The notes under the pieces: generated by a model
What the model was told of the DNA's origin: nothing
Databases searched by the model: none
The model's input: the letters and a program-made list of their open reading frames with translations, nothing else
From: Octopus vulgaris
Lineage: Eukaryota
DNA length: 64,000 bases
Assembly (NCBI GenBank): GCA_951406725.2
Contig: OX597814.1
Span: forward strand, 94,984,001-95,048,000
Direction of reading: 5' to 3'
Translations under genes and position numbers: made by a program
In this document: in pieces, positions 1 through 15,190 of the stretch
How the letters are laid out: every line of letters starts with the position of its first letter
Position numbering within the stretch: the stretch's first letter is position 1

Positions 1-7
1 CATACAG

Positions 8-40
<33 letters not shown>

Positions 41-125
41 TGTATGTATGTATGTATGTATTAATGTATGTATGTATGTATGTATGTATGTATGTATGTA
101 TGTATGTATGTATGTATGTGTGTGT

Positions 126-587
126 GAGTTGTGTCAGGTCACTTTCGAGTGCTACTGGTAACATGTAACCCAGTAAAACCTGTCGCATGGTCGGGTCGCC
201 GGCGACTAAACCGGCAACCCCACCAAGTGAGGAGGGTGTTTATTGGACACCCTGCGGGATGAAAAACAAAACCCGTCAAAGGGCGGAGGAACTCTTGAGA
301 GTCAACGGCCATCCAATAAATGTCTTAGGGCTGTATCATGCGCGGGGATGAATACCCGATCGCGCGGTTAAACCATTGGGAGTGAAGGGCTCCTAGCTTT
401 TGTTAGGGCATTTTTCTTGGAGAAGGTAACTCAGGTAACTTGGATAACTCCGACATAAAACCTGCGGCTCAGTGGTTACTGATGATGTTGACTTCTTCTT
501 TTCGGATTATGGCTACTGTTGCACGATAACAACATTGATTAAGCTTCGTGCAATGGCCATACTCGATAACGAGGGGGCAGCCACCAT
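126..587 (+). mobile_element. GC-rich interspersed repeat between microsatellites, possibly an RTE-related retroelement fragment
   Basis: Abrupt GC-rich block bounded by (TATG)n/(TG)n. The GGAGAAGG..AACTC..AAAACC stretch resembles RTE-type 5' regions. No ORF. Confidence 0.35.
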
Positions 588-904
588 GTGTGTGAGTATA
601 CTTAGTATTTCTTGATAGTAGAATATATATGCGCATGCGTTTGTTTGTTTATATATAAGTTGTTTTACGTAATATCACCAGACTAGAAGCATTTCCAACT
701 GTATGACTCAGGCTATTTCTAAAAAGCTATAGACTTATCGTCGAAATCACATATAATAACATTTATTTCTTCCCGTCTAAACATCAATTTATATATAAAA
801 TTACATTAAACAATGTCGCTATATGTCTGCAATCATACATTGGGAAAAATCGATTTGATATCGTTAGATAAAATTTTCCCTGTTGATATATATATATATA
901 TATT

Positions 905-941
<37 letters not shown>

Positions 942-1333
942 ATACACATACACACACATACGCATACTATACAACTTGACAAGTATCTCGTCAGTTTAGC
1001 GACCTCGTTTTGAATTTTACAGATATTATTCATTGCAGCTAGCAATGGTAAGAGTAGAGACAGCCGATTGCGATTTCAGATTTTCGTTCAAAATGAATGA
1101 AGTACAGAATGTGTGTAGTTTCTGTTTTATACATGTGCATAAATACACAGTCGGAGGTATTAGCTTTTTGACATGGTAAAGTATATGAAGTTATGGTTGT
1201 ACAGTTCGTACAACAGAATTCTTAAATACAAGCAGGCACCATAGATGTTTCCAGAACCATAGCTTGCAAAGTTATAGCAATCTTATTAATCGTAAGCGTT
1301 TAAACTACTTCTGCACGAGTTGACATATGGATG

Positions 1334-1707
<374 letters not shown>

Positions 1708-3475
1708 GGATTGTAAAAGATATTTCAAACACACACGAAGACGTATCGTCACCCCACCTGCATCAGATTTGCCATGGAAATATCATCTTGCGATGAGGTG
1801 GGACAATCAAATTAACAAAAAATGACAAAAATTTCTATAAAGCTACACTCACTCTAAACCAGCCACATAATCACAACAACCTTACTGAAACCACTTCCAC
1901 ACCAAACACAGACAAATCCACTAAAGCAATGAAACCATATTGCACGCTCTAGAGCAGTGTCCGAGAATTGTTGAGTTGTGAAATAGTGTGAAATAAAATT
2001 GTTCCCGCGTTTAGGGCGAATCCGGCCGTCGGCCGAGTCCTTCGTGAGGATCTCCCCACCACTCGCTTTTAATAAGGTGGGGAAGGCAGTGTTCCTCTGT
2101 CTAGTGGCTATGGCAAAATGTTTTTATAGAAGAACTGAAACCGAGTCAGCTTATCTCTCCTCTAGCGACGCCCATTGCAGTTAGCTTTATTAACAATCAC
2201 TCGAACGGTTATTGCATCCACATTTACGGATTTGTAGCAACTAAACCATATTACCTTATTTTGAATCCAGTAATTTATAATATCTCTCTTTACTAGAATT
2301 TCTTTTCGCTCCATCGACAGATGAGTGATTAATGTTATGTCGATTAATGTTGCGTTGGTTAAGCAGAATAATCGAAAACAAAATAGATAGTACGGAAGAG
2401 ATAACATATGACTAATATCTCCAGTTGATGCAAACGTCATACCAAGCAGATGAGGAAACAGGAGATGACTTTCTCAATTTTCACTGAGAAGAAAAATTAA
2501 ATCGAGAGATTACTCAAAAGCCGAACCGAATGAACTCAAACTAGCTTGATAGATTAGTAGGAAGCTTATACAATGATTCCGCCAGCTTAACTACCGAAAT
2601 GCAATAATGCAGATGATCTAATAGGTTAGTTGGGGGAGAAGATCAGGCGTGTATATGAGGGGAGTAGGTATTGACATATAGCAGCCATAACTATCTATAC
2701 TGAATACTGGAATAAAGCGACTGATACAGACGGCCGTATTTCTGTCTTGTTCTAACAACAGTAATTCATCCTTACACAAGATGTGTTCTCAGGAAACACT
2801 GAGATGAATATTGCTGGCCAGTAGAACGTTCTTCTGCTATCCATCGGTTCTGGTGAATGCAGAAGAAAAACTTCACTTCTCTCAGTGATATATATTTTAA
2901 CATGAATAAACAGTTGGTACGTCTACGGTTTTTGCAAATACTGAATACATATTTTTTATATATATTCTTTACTTGGACTGTACCTGTGGACTTGGATACT
3001 TGACATCCCTTTGAAGGATTTTTTCGGTCCTCACCTCTTTGATATATATATAATATATAATATATAATATATAAATATATGCATATATACATACATATAT
3101 GTACATACCTACATCTATATGTATATATACATGCATATATGGGTACTGGATATTGAACACAATGAGAAACGAAAACATAAAAACGAAAATATGGAAACGA
3201 ACTTTTTTTTCAAACAACGAAAAAGCAGAGTACAAGACATACAGCACAAGAAATATTCCCCTTCTTCAGTTGTCCCTGTTTCGTCTACTCTGCGTTCGAA
3301 GGTAAGGACAAGACGCGATTCATTGAAACAGTCCTTCCCGCAAAGCAAATTAAATGAAATTTGGAATTTTTTGTGGAGGGGTAGAAGTGGTAACAAGAAC
3401 AGGACAGTAAGAACAAAACAAGAGAGTAAAAACAATACAAGTAAAAACAGTAATAGACAGGACTCTGTGTATATA

Positions 3476-3568
<93 letters not shown>

Positions 3569-3574
<6 letters not shown>

Positions 3575-4227
3575 GTCCATAAAGTCTCTTTACAATTTAA
3601 AAATGTTATTACAAAGGCAGTTGACAAGATATCTTAACCAGATTTCTTTTATCGTAATAATTGTTTATTAAATTTTTTTAACTGTTATTTAATAAACCTC
3701 AATATAACCACCATTAGTTGTGCAAAGCACATCAAGACGGTACTCGATTTCTTGCCATGTTCGCTGTAGAATAGCCTCATCAACGGTGGCAATGGCATTA
3801 CGAATCCTTTGCTTCAAGTCAGCAATGTCCCGTATCTTTGTTTGATACACGATATCTTTTACATAACCCGATAAAAAGAAGTCCAAAGGAGTGATATCGT
3901 TCGAACGCAGTGGTCATGAAATTGCACGAATTGAAGGACAGGATGGTTGATCTCTTCCATAGTTCTGTAGTTTCGTTGAGTCTGAACATCCGATTTTGTC
4001 TCAATAGAGCAGGATACACATTGTGCCTTTTCATGAGGAGTAGCCATTTTATAGGGGTTCAGTGTATCAGTTCCCTTCCATCAACAGAGTATCTGAAACA
4101 TAAAAATTTAATTTCAATAAAAACTTTAATAAACAATTATTAAAATAAAATAAATCGGTTTAAAATATCTCATCAACTGCCTTTGTAATAATTTTTTAAA
4201 TTGTAAAGAGACTTTATGGACACCCTG
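3569..4227 (-). mobile_element. Internally deleted Tc1/mariner-superfamily element (DD37D/DD41D-like)
   Basis: ~80 bp TIRs (AGGGTGTCCATAAAGTCTCTTTACAATTT.. / ..AAATTGTAAAGAGACTTTATGGACACCCTG) in TA context. Minus-strand remnants MATPHEKAQCV..KSDVQTQRNYR and DITPLDFFLSGYVKDIVY..IADLKQRI. Confidence 0.9.
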
Positions 4228-4399
4228 TATATATATGTGTGTGTGTGTGTGTTTGTGTGTGCGTGTGTGTGTGTGTGCGTGTATACACATATATATCTAC
4301 ATATGTATATGCATGTATATATGCGAGTACGCATGCATGTATATATGCGAGTACGCATGCATGTATATTTTCGTGTGTATATGTGTGAACATGTTAGCG

Positions 4400-4602
4400 T
4401 TTGTGTCGTATACTTTGACTACCGGTGTTGATTTGTTCTCGTCCACATAAAAGCCAAAAACAAAGACCGATAGAATAAATATCAAAGAGAAAATAAGAAA
4501 GTACCAAAAAGCAAAATAAGTCTTCGGGTTAATTTGATCAACTGAAATCCTTGAAGGTGGTGCTGAAGCATGGCCACAAAACAATGACTTAAACAAGTAA
4601 AA
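4400..4602 (+). mobile_element. Degenerate SINE 3' portion
   Basis: Ends GGTGGTGCTGAAGCATGGCCAC..ATGACTTAAACAAGTAAAA, the same tail as isolated ends at 6867-6912 and 25641-25672. Confidence 0.55.
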
Positions 4603-4936
4603 TGATAAGCGAATATCATTCCGAGCATTATCGTCTGCCACATGAACGAATGATCATGTCGTCTGATCAATCGGGCGTCCAAACCGATATTTTGTATATT
4701 ATGATATAACTTTTATACTGTATCGAAGATGCTAAATACACTAAGCTATCAGTTTCTCACGTCTTACACGTTTATTTATTTTAGCTTTTCTCTGATCAGG
4801 AATAACTAATGAGGAATTTCTCTTGATTTTTTTCACAACTTGATGGCGCCTACATCTTCCATGTTAATGTAATTTACTTTACAGTAAGAAAAGGGCGAGA
4901 GAAAAACAGGAAAAAGGATTAACAGAGAAATATGCG

Positions 4937-5023
<87 letters not shown>

Positions 5024-5537
5024 AGAAAGAAATAGTAGTTACATGTCGAAAAGAGAATAAATGAAAGAAAGAATATACAGAATATAGAAAAGAGTGGAAG
5101 AGAGAGATGTAGAATAAGAATAATACGATAAAAGAAAGAGTAGAAGGAAGCGGAGACAAATGGAGAGAAGAGGTAATCGGGGACATATAGAGTGATATTG
5201 GATGGGAAAGACAGAGAGAGAGACAGACGGGCAGGCAGACAGAGAAAGAGACAGAGAGAGTTTTAGAAGGCGAATGTGTGTGGGAAGGAGATAGATAACG
5301 ATGAAATTAATTTGATAGAGAGGCAAAGAGAGACAGGGAGAACCAGACAGAGTAAATGAGTGAGGAAAAGAGAGGAAGGGAAGAGAGAAAGTGTGACAGA
5401 AAGAGAGAAGGAGAGATAACTAAAGATAAACGAAGCAAAAAAGAAAGAAGAGAAGAGAAAGGCAATAACAAAATAATAGAAAAAGGAAAACAGAAGAGGG
5501 AGGGAGATGGATGGATATATATATATAGCTAGCTAGC

Positions 5538-5583
<46 letters not shown>

Positions 5584-6303
5584 CATACATACATACATAC
5601 ATACATACATACATACATACATACATACATACATACATACATACGCAGACAGACAGACAGACAAATAGATAGAGATAGAGACAGAACGAGAAAGCGGGAT
5701 GCAAGATGTGAACTCAGAATTGATTTTCCAGTTAGAGACGAACGGTTGGAGTAGAAAAAAAATGAATGAAAAGAAACTCTCCATAAGAACAAAAAACAAC
5801 ATTACTAGCAATATAATTATTTGCCCGCTGACATAATAGTGTAATAGTAGTTTTATCAAGTTCATAATAAAGAATAACTAAAACAGAAAAAAAAACTAAA
5901 ACAGAAAAATAAAACGAACTAAGAAGAAAGCTATCGAAGTATAATATATCCCACTGACAAATACAGGAAGCAAACACAAGGGAAAAAAGTGAAGACTAAC
6001 TTGTACACAATTTGTGGAGAAAAACAAATTAAGATTGTTAATTTAGCCATGTACCGACAGAAAACAAACTCTAGATGAATGATTTCATTCTTTAGTTATT
6101 ACGATTTTTATATTTTATTTTATTCTTGGTTTGTTAGTTTTGTTTTTTGTTTCGTTTTATTTTTTATTATTTTTCTATTAATATATATCTTTTCTCACTG
6201 GTTACACAACTTTTTTTTGAAAGAAAAAATAACTGATCAGAACATTTGGATAAAATGTATTTTCATGTATGCAAATCTCGGAGCGACACATCGTTACGCA
6301 CGC

Positions 6304-6334
<31 letters not shown>

Positions 6335-6444
6335 TGTATGTATGTATGTATGTATGTATGTATGTATATGTGTGTATGTATGTGTGTGTATGTATGCATG
6401 AATGTATGTGTGTATGTATATGTGTGTGTATGTTTGTATGTATG

Positions 6445-6482
<38 letters not shown>

Positions 6483-6590
6483 TATATCTATATAAATGCA
6501 TTAATTAAATAAATATGTGTGTATCTATGTGTATATATATATACATTAAATAAATAAATAATATAGATATATATATAAACATACATACAT

Positions 6591-6637
<47 letters not shown>

Positions 6638-6643
6638 TATATA

Positions 6644-6683
<40 letters not shown>

Positions 6684-6686
6684 TAA

Positions 6687-6863
<177 letters not shown>

Positions 6864-7788
6864 TATGGCGGTGCCCCAGCATGGCCACAGCTCGTGAGCT
6901 GAAACTAGATAAAATATTTAAAAATATATGAAATATATATATATAGGAACACGCATGCATACACACACTCACACACACACCCACACATGTGGAGAATATA
7001 TATATATAACGATGTCGATGTCGAATTGATTTTTTTTTAACCATGTATCATCGTAGGCATATAGAGGCATTGTTTAATGTAATTTTAAATATATAAATTG
7101 ATGTTTAGACGGGAAGAAATAAATGTTATTACAAGATGTGATGTTGATGATAAGTCTACATCGGTTTAGAATAGCCTGAGTCATACAGTTGGAAACGTTT
7201 CTGTTCAGATAGAATCTAAAACAACTTGTTTGATTTTATCTAAGACAAGTGAGGGTCCGAATTTCTAAATCGCTTTGGTATGTGTGTGCATGTGCGTGCG
7301 TGCATGTATGTGTGTATGTATGTACGTATCTATACGTATATATGTAAATGTACGCATGTGTATATGAATATCTGTTGACACACACACATACATATATGTA
7401 TATATACATACATATATATGTATATACATACGTATACGTCTACACTTGTATATTTGCATACATATATATATAGATAGATAGATGCATATATTCTTTTATA
7501 CCTGTGTGTGTATGTGCGCACGCGTGTGTGTGTATAGCGATTCAAGGAATTAAACACAGTTCGCAGTAAACTCTCCGACTGGTGTGTGACTACCAAAAAC
7601 TGCTGTTGTTAAAGCTAGGATGTCATCTCAGCATCGTTCTGAAAATCCAGCAATCACAATGGTGGGGAGTATGTATAAAAATTGACCAGATAAGAGAAAC
7701 GAAGTAACAGAATAGATGTTTATTCAATTGACAACGGGTTTGCAACCTATGTTAGATGCATCGACATACACAAAACACACATATATGC

Positions 7789-7834
<46 letters not shown>

Positions 7835-8010
7835 CCATAGATCGTTAGCCACTACACACATTTTTTTCTCTCCTTGTTTTTTCTGTGTCCCTTTCTGTAG
7901 AAGAGCGTAGGCTCGAAACATAAAAGACTTTTTCTATTCCTGAGCGTTATACTAATACATCTGTTTGTTTTGTACACCACCTGTCTTCGTCTTTTGTCTT
8001 TTTCGCAAAC
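7835..8010 (+). mobile_element. Interspersed repeat with GAGCGTAGGCTCGAAAC hairpin; other copies at ~20470-20600 (-) and ~32025-32400 (-)
   Basis: Three recognisably homologous copies in the window, two of them abutting microsatellites. Confidence 0.7.
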
Positions 8011-8024
8011 TCTCTCTCTCTCTT

Positions 8025-8085
<61 letters not shown>

Positions 8086-8223
8086 CCATATATATGTGTG
8101 TGTGTGTGTTTGTTTCTATGCCCAGTTTTAATAAAAACAATTTTACATTAATCTGTAATCTGATGGGTTACTTTATACTTTTCAAGACTACAAATTTATT
8201 ATTCTTAGACAAGAATGTTGATG

Positions 8224-8268
8224 ACAGTGACTTCGAAATTTCGGTCAGCTAATCCATCGTCGGACTGC
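8224..8268 (-). ncRNA. Degenerate type I hammerhead ribozyme-like motif (U4C core change)
   Basis: Minus strand: GCAGT CCGACGA TGGATTAGCTGACC GAAA TTTCGAAG TC ACTGT. 5 bp stem I, palindromic stem III, GUC triplet. Confidence 0.5.
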
Positions 8269-9106
8269 GATTCATTAGAGTTAGTCTTGCCTTTATATAG
8301 TCTCTTTGGGGTTAAAATCTCTGCGTATGGTTTGAGTGTGGTGGTAATAAGGTTTTTATGTTGATTGTTGTGAAAATGTTTTGAAAAAGTTCTAATTGAT
8401 TAAATTTGGGGTTATGTTATTTAGAATTTATTTATGCATCTAGAACTTTGCAAACAAGACTGTAAGCGTTTCTCTTTTGTTAGGTAGGCGCAAGATGTGA
8501 CAGTATTTTTGTTGCTTTTTGGTATTATTTGATTTCTTTTGCTTTGACAAAATAAAGGTCAAAGATACCAAGTCCTTAGCAAATTGGTGTCAACTTTTTC
8601 CTTTTTTGGCTGGCCGTCTTTACTTTTTATTCCTAACCCAACTCTTAGGGTCAATAAGATGAAATGTAAGAGCCAGTAGTAGGAGCGAGTGTTCATAAGT
8701 AAAAATAAAACATTCTTTTGGCAACAACTATCCATGTTATATGAATTTATAGTAAGATAAATGAGAACATCTTTGGTTACTCAACTATAGTTATTTGTAA
8801 TCCAAGCAATTCGAATATTTAGCCACGTTTTTATATTTTCTGCTGAATGAGATAACTTCGTCCTTTAGTATCTCTCTATTTGTAATACTGATGTATAAAA
8901 GGACACAATTAATTAACATTTGATCGCTGCGCTCTTCGTTTGTTGTACAAATAGAACAGAAATTGTTTTCGCTTTGTTTCCTTGTTTCATAGTTTTCTAA
9001 ACAAAATTTCAATTATCTTTTATTCTGATGTGCGCTATTAGAAAAACAAAACGCTTTAATCTTATCTCTAAAATACCAGGTTTATATTTTGTAAACACAA
9101 TGATAA

Positions 9107-9141
<35 letters not shown>

Positions 9142-10242
9142 AGAGATTCGGGTCGATTGAGAGGTCAATTTATTGATTATATAACTATATAATCTATATA
9201 TATAAATTATGTAATTTGTGGAAATTGCCCTCATGACTTGTCCAAATTTTTTTTATTTTCTTTTATAACTTCAGTAGACGACTTTGAGACAACGACAACA
9301 TTTAGTCTCGATTCCTTTTCGAAACCATTTTACACTTTATTTATTTACACACTGATTGCCGCACAATGTCTTTCTTTTTATCTCACTTCAATTTTCTTAC
9401 CCGTACCCAAGAAAGAAATTACTTTTAACACGTCCAACGGTGAAAAATTATTGCGATTCAAGTTCGCATTTCAATTGTTTAGGTAACATTGATAATACCC
9501 TTTCGAGCATGGTTTCCACTCCTGCGTGTGAACCATTCAAATTTTCTTCTGCTATTAATTTTTTATGGAAATTATGAATGTCACAATTTAATAGTTCATC
9601 TTTCCCTAAACTTGCTTTTTTACTGGGTTTTTTTTTTTTTTTTTTTTTTTTTTTGCTTGGTCGAAGAAATAAAACAAATTTCTTGTTTGACATATAGATT
9701 TCAAGTCATCACCTCTGAAAAATACTCAATTACCATTTCGGTAATTTTTAGGAGAGTTAATAGAACTGTTTGATATCCACAGCAACGAAGGTGAAAATGG
9801 TTAACTGTTGGCTCGAATTCGCTGTTGGCTCGAATTTTACAGAATATTTTCTCCAAGTTTATTTTACACCAATTTTCTTTAATTAAATGTAAAGAAAATG
9901 TTACACAAAAACTATATGAATATACTTTTACATTTTTTTTTTCAATTTGACTTGTAATTTAACTCCAAGCAGATTAACAGTTGCACTTGGACTGAGTCTG
10001 TGACCAGGTCACATAAGGGCACGGAAAACGTTGATATCTCAAGAAATAATAAATGAAACAGATTTTTATAGTGTTGAAGTAGTTCTTAAACGATGTAATT
10101 TCTGAAAAACATTTCTCTTATTATTGATTGTAGACATATTGTTCTATGTTAGTTCAGTTAATTGATATTTGATGTCTTCCTTTCTTGACTTTTTTCTTTT
10201 CAATCTTTCAAACTCTATTTTATTAATTTTCATTCTTTTCTA

Positions 10243-10451
10243 CCGCATTTTCCAGCATATAAGTCAACGTTGCATATAGTATAAACATGCAGTGTAAACA
10301 TTCAGACACTATCACTACCTTTCGAAATACTGCTGCATTTCACATGGATTTTTTTTTGTATTCCAAACTCGTCTTGGTGTATAAGTTGACGTACTATTTT
10401 GAACTATAAATTTTTCTCTGAAAAATTCGACTTGTATGCCGAAAAATACAG
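10243..10451. mobile_element. pogo/Tigger-like MITE
   Basis: TA-flanked imperfect TIRs CCGCATTTTCCAGCATATAAGTCAA / TCGACTTGTATGCCGAAAAATACAG. Confidence 0.7.
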
Positions 10452-13163
10452 TATTTATATTTTTAGAGAAAAAAACTTTCATAATAGAATTTTTTTCTCT
10501 TTTTTCAATCTACCAACATACTGTGTAATCAATTTATACTTAGGGCACTATTTAAAGACTTTATGTAAAGTATTGAGCTCAGGTTAATAAATGGCTGCCT
10601 ATACTTCTCCTAGTTATATTCCAAAGAAATTTTTAATTAATCACTGTAAGCTAAAGTAAAATTTATGCGAAGTTCCTGCTAATTATAGCAGGTTCTGCAT
10701 AATTTATAAAACTGGCTGGTCAGAACTAATGATATTTAAACACTTTCAACAATAGCCAAGCATTGTGTGTACTTGACTAGTTGCGAAGCTCTGAAGATAA
10801 AGATCAGTATAGTATTTATATTTAATACGATAATTTTCTTTGTGGTAGAGTGGAAAAAACGAGTTAAATTCAGACAAGTATTACCTCCAAAGTCAAATTT
10901 GCCATTCATTATGCCAATGTTGGTTAAATAATATATGTCGTATACTAGGGTCAGCTTAATCGACTATACCCACTATAAATGTGGGCGGTGGGAGTTTGCT
11001 TATGTAAAAACCATTTATATGCATTAAATACGTGTATTGCTACATATATATTGCTCAGTATAAGCATTATTCGTTGAAGGTATGAAAGAGAAGAAATGAT
11101 ATTCTTATTTTCTTTTATTTAGACGTCACTTTGAACAGAAATCAATAAAATGTCTATACAAATATATAACCATTTGGAATTAAGTTCATAATTATTTCAG
11201 AGCTAAGATGGCTACAATGTGTCATATTAAAACGCATTGCTTTGGGAACCTTGATTGACCGAATATGACTATGTGAATTGCAGTTGTTGAAGAAAAATAA
11301 AAGACATAGTGTAGCAGAACCTGCTCAGAATATAATTAAATTATTCGAATTCTCACCTTGTATGGAAGTTATAAAACTGATGATTTATAATGAATATAAT
11401 TTAATTTGAAGGATATTATTGAAGCTACACTGATGCGTACTACAAGGCAAGACACAAGCTCACATTAAGACGACTCTGATGTATAGGTCTTTCCGTATGA
11501 GATACGTAAATAATGAAAATATGATACTGATAGCTTCTTGTAGTATACTTTTAGCTTCCTTTTAAAGGTTATATATACAAAATATATTACCACCGGAAGA
11601 GAATAAAAGCACAAACATTTGATCATTATAAACAAATTATCAGCCCAAGTTGTTCATCCAGAAGTTGCGTGACCTTCAGCTGCCTTTTACGACAGAGGAG
11701 GCCACTATACAAAATATAAACTGTGCATGCACTGAATCACCAATTAGGGACAATCATTCCAAAATAAATGTGTAATTCATAACATCGCATCTTTCTTTTT
11801 TGGAAAACATCAAGTATCAAATATCTTCAGTACCCAATTCTGGCATTAAAGAATCATACATATCTATAAACTTCTTTCAAAGTCAAATTCAAGGGAAGAT
11901 TAATACTTTAATTACACTGGTCTAATTTTATCATGAAAGTTTAAACAAATTACTGCATCAAATTATCAGCAAATATAATTATCATTACTTCTCACACATA
12001 ATATTGACTGCATGATCAAAGATCAAACAAATATTAATCCATTGATTTGGCACACTACATTTAAATGCAATACATATCCATTAAATCAGAGCAAAACATT
12101 CATTTAAAGGTAATTATGTGAACTGATTTGAGGATTTACAGTTCTACCAGGTCTTGTAACATATGACTGGTAAGTAGTATCTTCTACATTTACAAAGGCA
12201 AGGAGAACAGCTTCGTGATCATGAATTTTGATAATTTCTTCAATATTACGTTACAAATTAGTTGAGTTTCAACAGGATTCTCATAATTAAAGAAATAGAA
12301 CAAACTCTCAGGTTTACACTGGGCTTTGGAAAAGATTTCCTATAACGCTTATATACGGACTTGCCAGAAGTTTAACGATGTACAAACGGTTGGCAAGATT
12401 AAGTCATTCATCAGAACAAGTAGTATTAAAATTCGTGTTGTTCCCTAAAGAAAATAATCATTTCTTCATAATACTAAAAATTTTAATTTAAAATTTATGA
12501 ATTATATGGTGACACAATGCATAGAATACACATGTTAATTTTCCCTGTTTGCTTATTGCGAAGTTCTTAAAATTTCTTGTCAGTGATAATCATGTAAAGC
12601 ACTTTCATTCCTTTTAGAAACCAACAGCATGGCATAACCTGAGATTTATTAATTAAACATTTCTTATGAATGGAAAATAAAATACACTCTGAAAGAAATT
12701 CATGGAATGTGCGTTTTTTCCTTTCTTTTTTTTTTCATAGAATGTTAGTAGATTAGAAATCTAGAAAAATTGAGGAGAAGTGTTAGAGTCTGCACACAAG
12801 ATAACTGTTTCCCGGGAATTCTACATTGTGAGGGTGTCTTACGGGTATTCAATATTTTAGTTTTAAGCCAAAAAAATTACACAAGTTGTTTTTGATATAT
12901 TCTTTCGGGTGTAGATATTGGTTTCAAGCTGCTACTTCATAGTAGTAATCACTCGTAACATACAGGAAGAGGCAATTTCACTAAAATTTCACCGCATTTA
13001 TGCATAAATTTGAAGAATTGGAATACTTTTCTTTTACGATGACTTCGAATAGAATTTGGGACTGAGAATCTCACAAAACGAGAGTTCGAATCATTTCTAG
13101 TTGCAGATCTCTGAAATGAATATTTTCCAATGTACTTGTGTGTATGTATATATGTGGGAGAGG

Positions 13164-13249
<86 letters not shown>

Positions 13250-13349
13250 TCTTGTGGTATTTAAGGAAAATATTGTGTATTTCTTTGAAAGTGTATATGC
13301 TAAATGGATCTGCTTCCCTGGTACACCATTAATATGTAATTTTTAAGTT

Positions 13350-13557
13350 GTTATTGTTCTAACCCCAAACCAGTTCTAATCAAGTGCATTTATGATTAAG
13401 AATATTCTAGCAATGAACATCCCATCTTTATTCAAGCTGAGAACTACATATCTCATGTGCTTTTCCTACATATTTTAAGATGATATAGTGGGTTATGAGA
13501 GAGAGTTCACTGCTATTTCTAGCTGGTCAAGCCACAGTGAGGCACTCTGGCTGGCTC
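13350..13557 (+). mobile_element. Old interspersed repeat family; further copies ~17545-17740, ~22375-22520, ~45470-45965 (split by a SINE), ~55670-56020
   Basis: Copies share diverged versions of ..ATGAT(C/T)AAAG..CATTCCAG.. and ..GCTATTTCTAGC..TCGAG..ACCA..GAGGCT. Confidence 0.55.
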
Positions 13558-14077
13558 TATCAGTAACTGTAATATAATGTCTGAAGAGTATTAGAACATA
13601 AAGTATAGAATTCTGTATCACGAAATGAAACAATTGAGGATATGTTTAAACAAATACATTATATCCATGTACTAATGAAAGTGCTTACGACCAGATATAA
13701 TCTGTAAACAAACCTTTTTCATACAGATCCCTTTGGCATTTTGTGACGTGATTATCATATCATTTTATAACAACAGATTTCTTTTAAATAGAAGTCATCA
13801 AATCAGTTATCTCGAAGATCAGCCATCTTAATATTCTTGATTCAATATCTAATTCCATTTTATTCATTATACTTAACACTTTCAGGTGGCATAAAGTCAT
13901 AACTTTTTTAAATACTTGTTTGGCTTTAGTGAGCTCCATGCATACAGTCAATTGTTAGCACCGCCAGAAAGTAGAAAATCTAAATGCAACATACTTTTTT
14001 GGAAACATAATAAAGTATCATACATCACATTGCTTCACGCTTCTAGGAAAACAACATATTTATTTCAAGTAGTTATA

Positions 14078-14736
14078 GAGTCGATTTCACTTAATTGAAC
14101 ATTCTCGGTGATTTAGATTCTTGTGCAAGTTATTAGAGTTAACCGAATTTACGTTGCAGACGATAAGTTAAGAGATTTCAATATTTTTTCTGGAGTAAGT
14201 TTCTGTAACTTCGTTATATTTATATGAATTATATAATAAAATTTCTGTGACTTCGATATATTTATATGAATTATATAATAAAATAAGAAAAAAAATGTGT
14301 TTCTGCTTCTACGTTTTGTGAAGAATTCTATAACACGAAGACAAAATCAAAATACACTGGAATTTGAACACTTATAGTCTTTAATTCATTGAAATAGTAC
14401 GAGTAACTTCAATACTTCACTTCATTCTTTCGTTTTCGGTCATTTATAAACATGAAATACTGACTATTGTAATTTTAACTTTTCATGAATACAGAAGCTT
14501 TCTGAATCACTTATTCATATCACATCAAATAAATGTTCAATTTTATGCTACATTTCGCAATTATTTACTCAAAATTAGAAAAAATATATACATTAACCAA
14601 AATTGATGTTATTTGCTTTTGCAATTAACCGGTCAATTTTACATCAATTTGATGCTAAATGGCTCGGAGTTTTTCAAAGTTATGTAATTAACCGGATTAT
14701 GCAATTATCAGGTATGCAATTAAGCGGAATTGACTT
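14078..14736. mobile_element. Degenerate Tigger/pogo-like non-autonomous element
   Basis: Imperfect TIRs GAGTCGATTTCACTTAATTG / CAATTAAGCGGAATTGACT with repeated subterminal ATTAACCGG. Confidence 0.55.
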
Positions 14737-15190
14737 TTCAACTTTGAGAGAAATGCCACTGGCAGACTCAAGAGAGCCAACAATTTTACACTCGCGGACA
14801 GACTAATATTTATTAGCTAGATGAAGAATCAGCACCCTTGATCTCTGCAGACAAGTGAGATTCATATAGTTGATATGCAGTTTCTCTAAATTAAAAAAAG
14901 CATGGATGGTAGGGGAAATTCTAGAAGGATGCAGTTCTGTGGAGGAATATTTCGGAAAACTATATAATCCAGGATGTAGAATGCGAAACTTTTAGAAGAG
15001 ACGAAAAAGCACGTTTGTAACTGGGTCTAACCATAGGCGGTATACAGCTTTAATACTTTAGCAGAAATACCCTTGTGTGTGCGAGAAGATCGAAGGCCAA
15101 AATTTCGGTAGGAATAAAGGGTTATATCAGCTGCAAGGGATGATATTCAAAACAGAAGCAGTTTTCAGTTTACACAGAGATACATACATA

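Noticed and set aside
474-520. CTGATGA hammerhead core
   Set aside because: No downstream GAAA or closing stems.
3255-3345. Minus-strand CTGAAGA with GGACAA/TTGTCC pairing, a possible permuted hammerhead
   Set aside because: Could not build consistent stems II and III with an intact GAAA.
12960-13110. Possible minus-strand second exon after an acceptor-like TTCATTTCAG
   Set aside because: Joining in phase to the 40391 donor gives an immediate stop, and no frame gives a recognisable protein.
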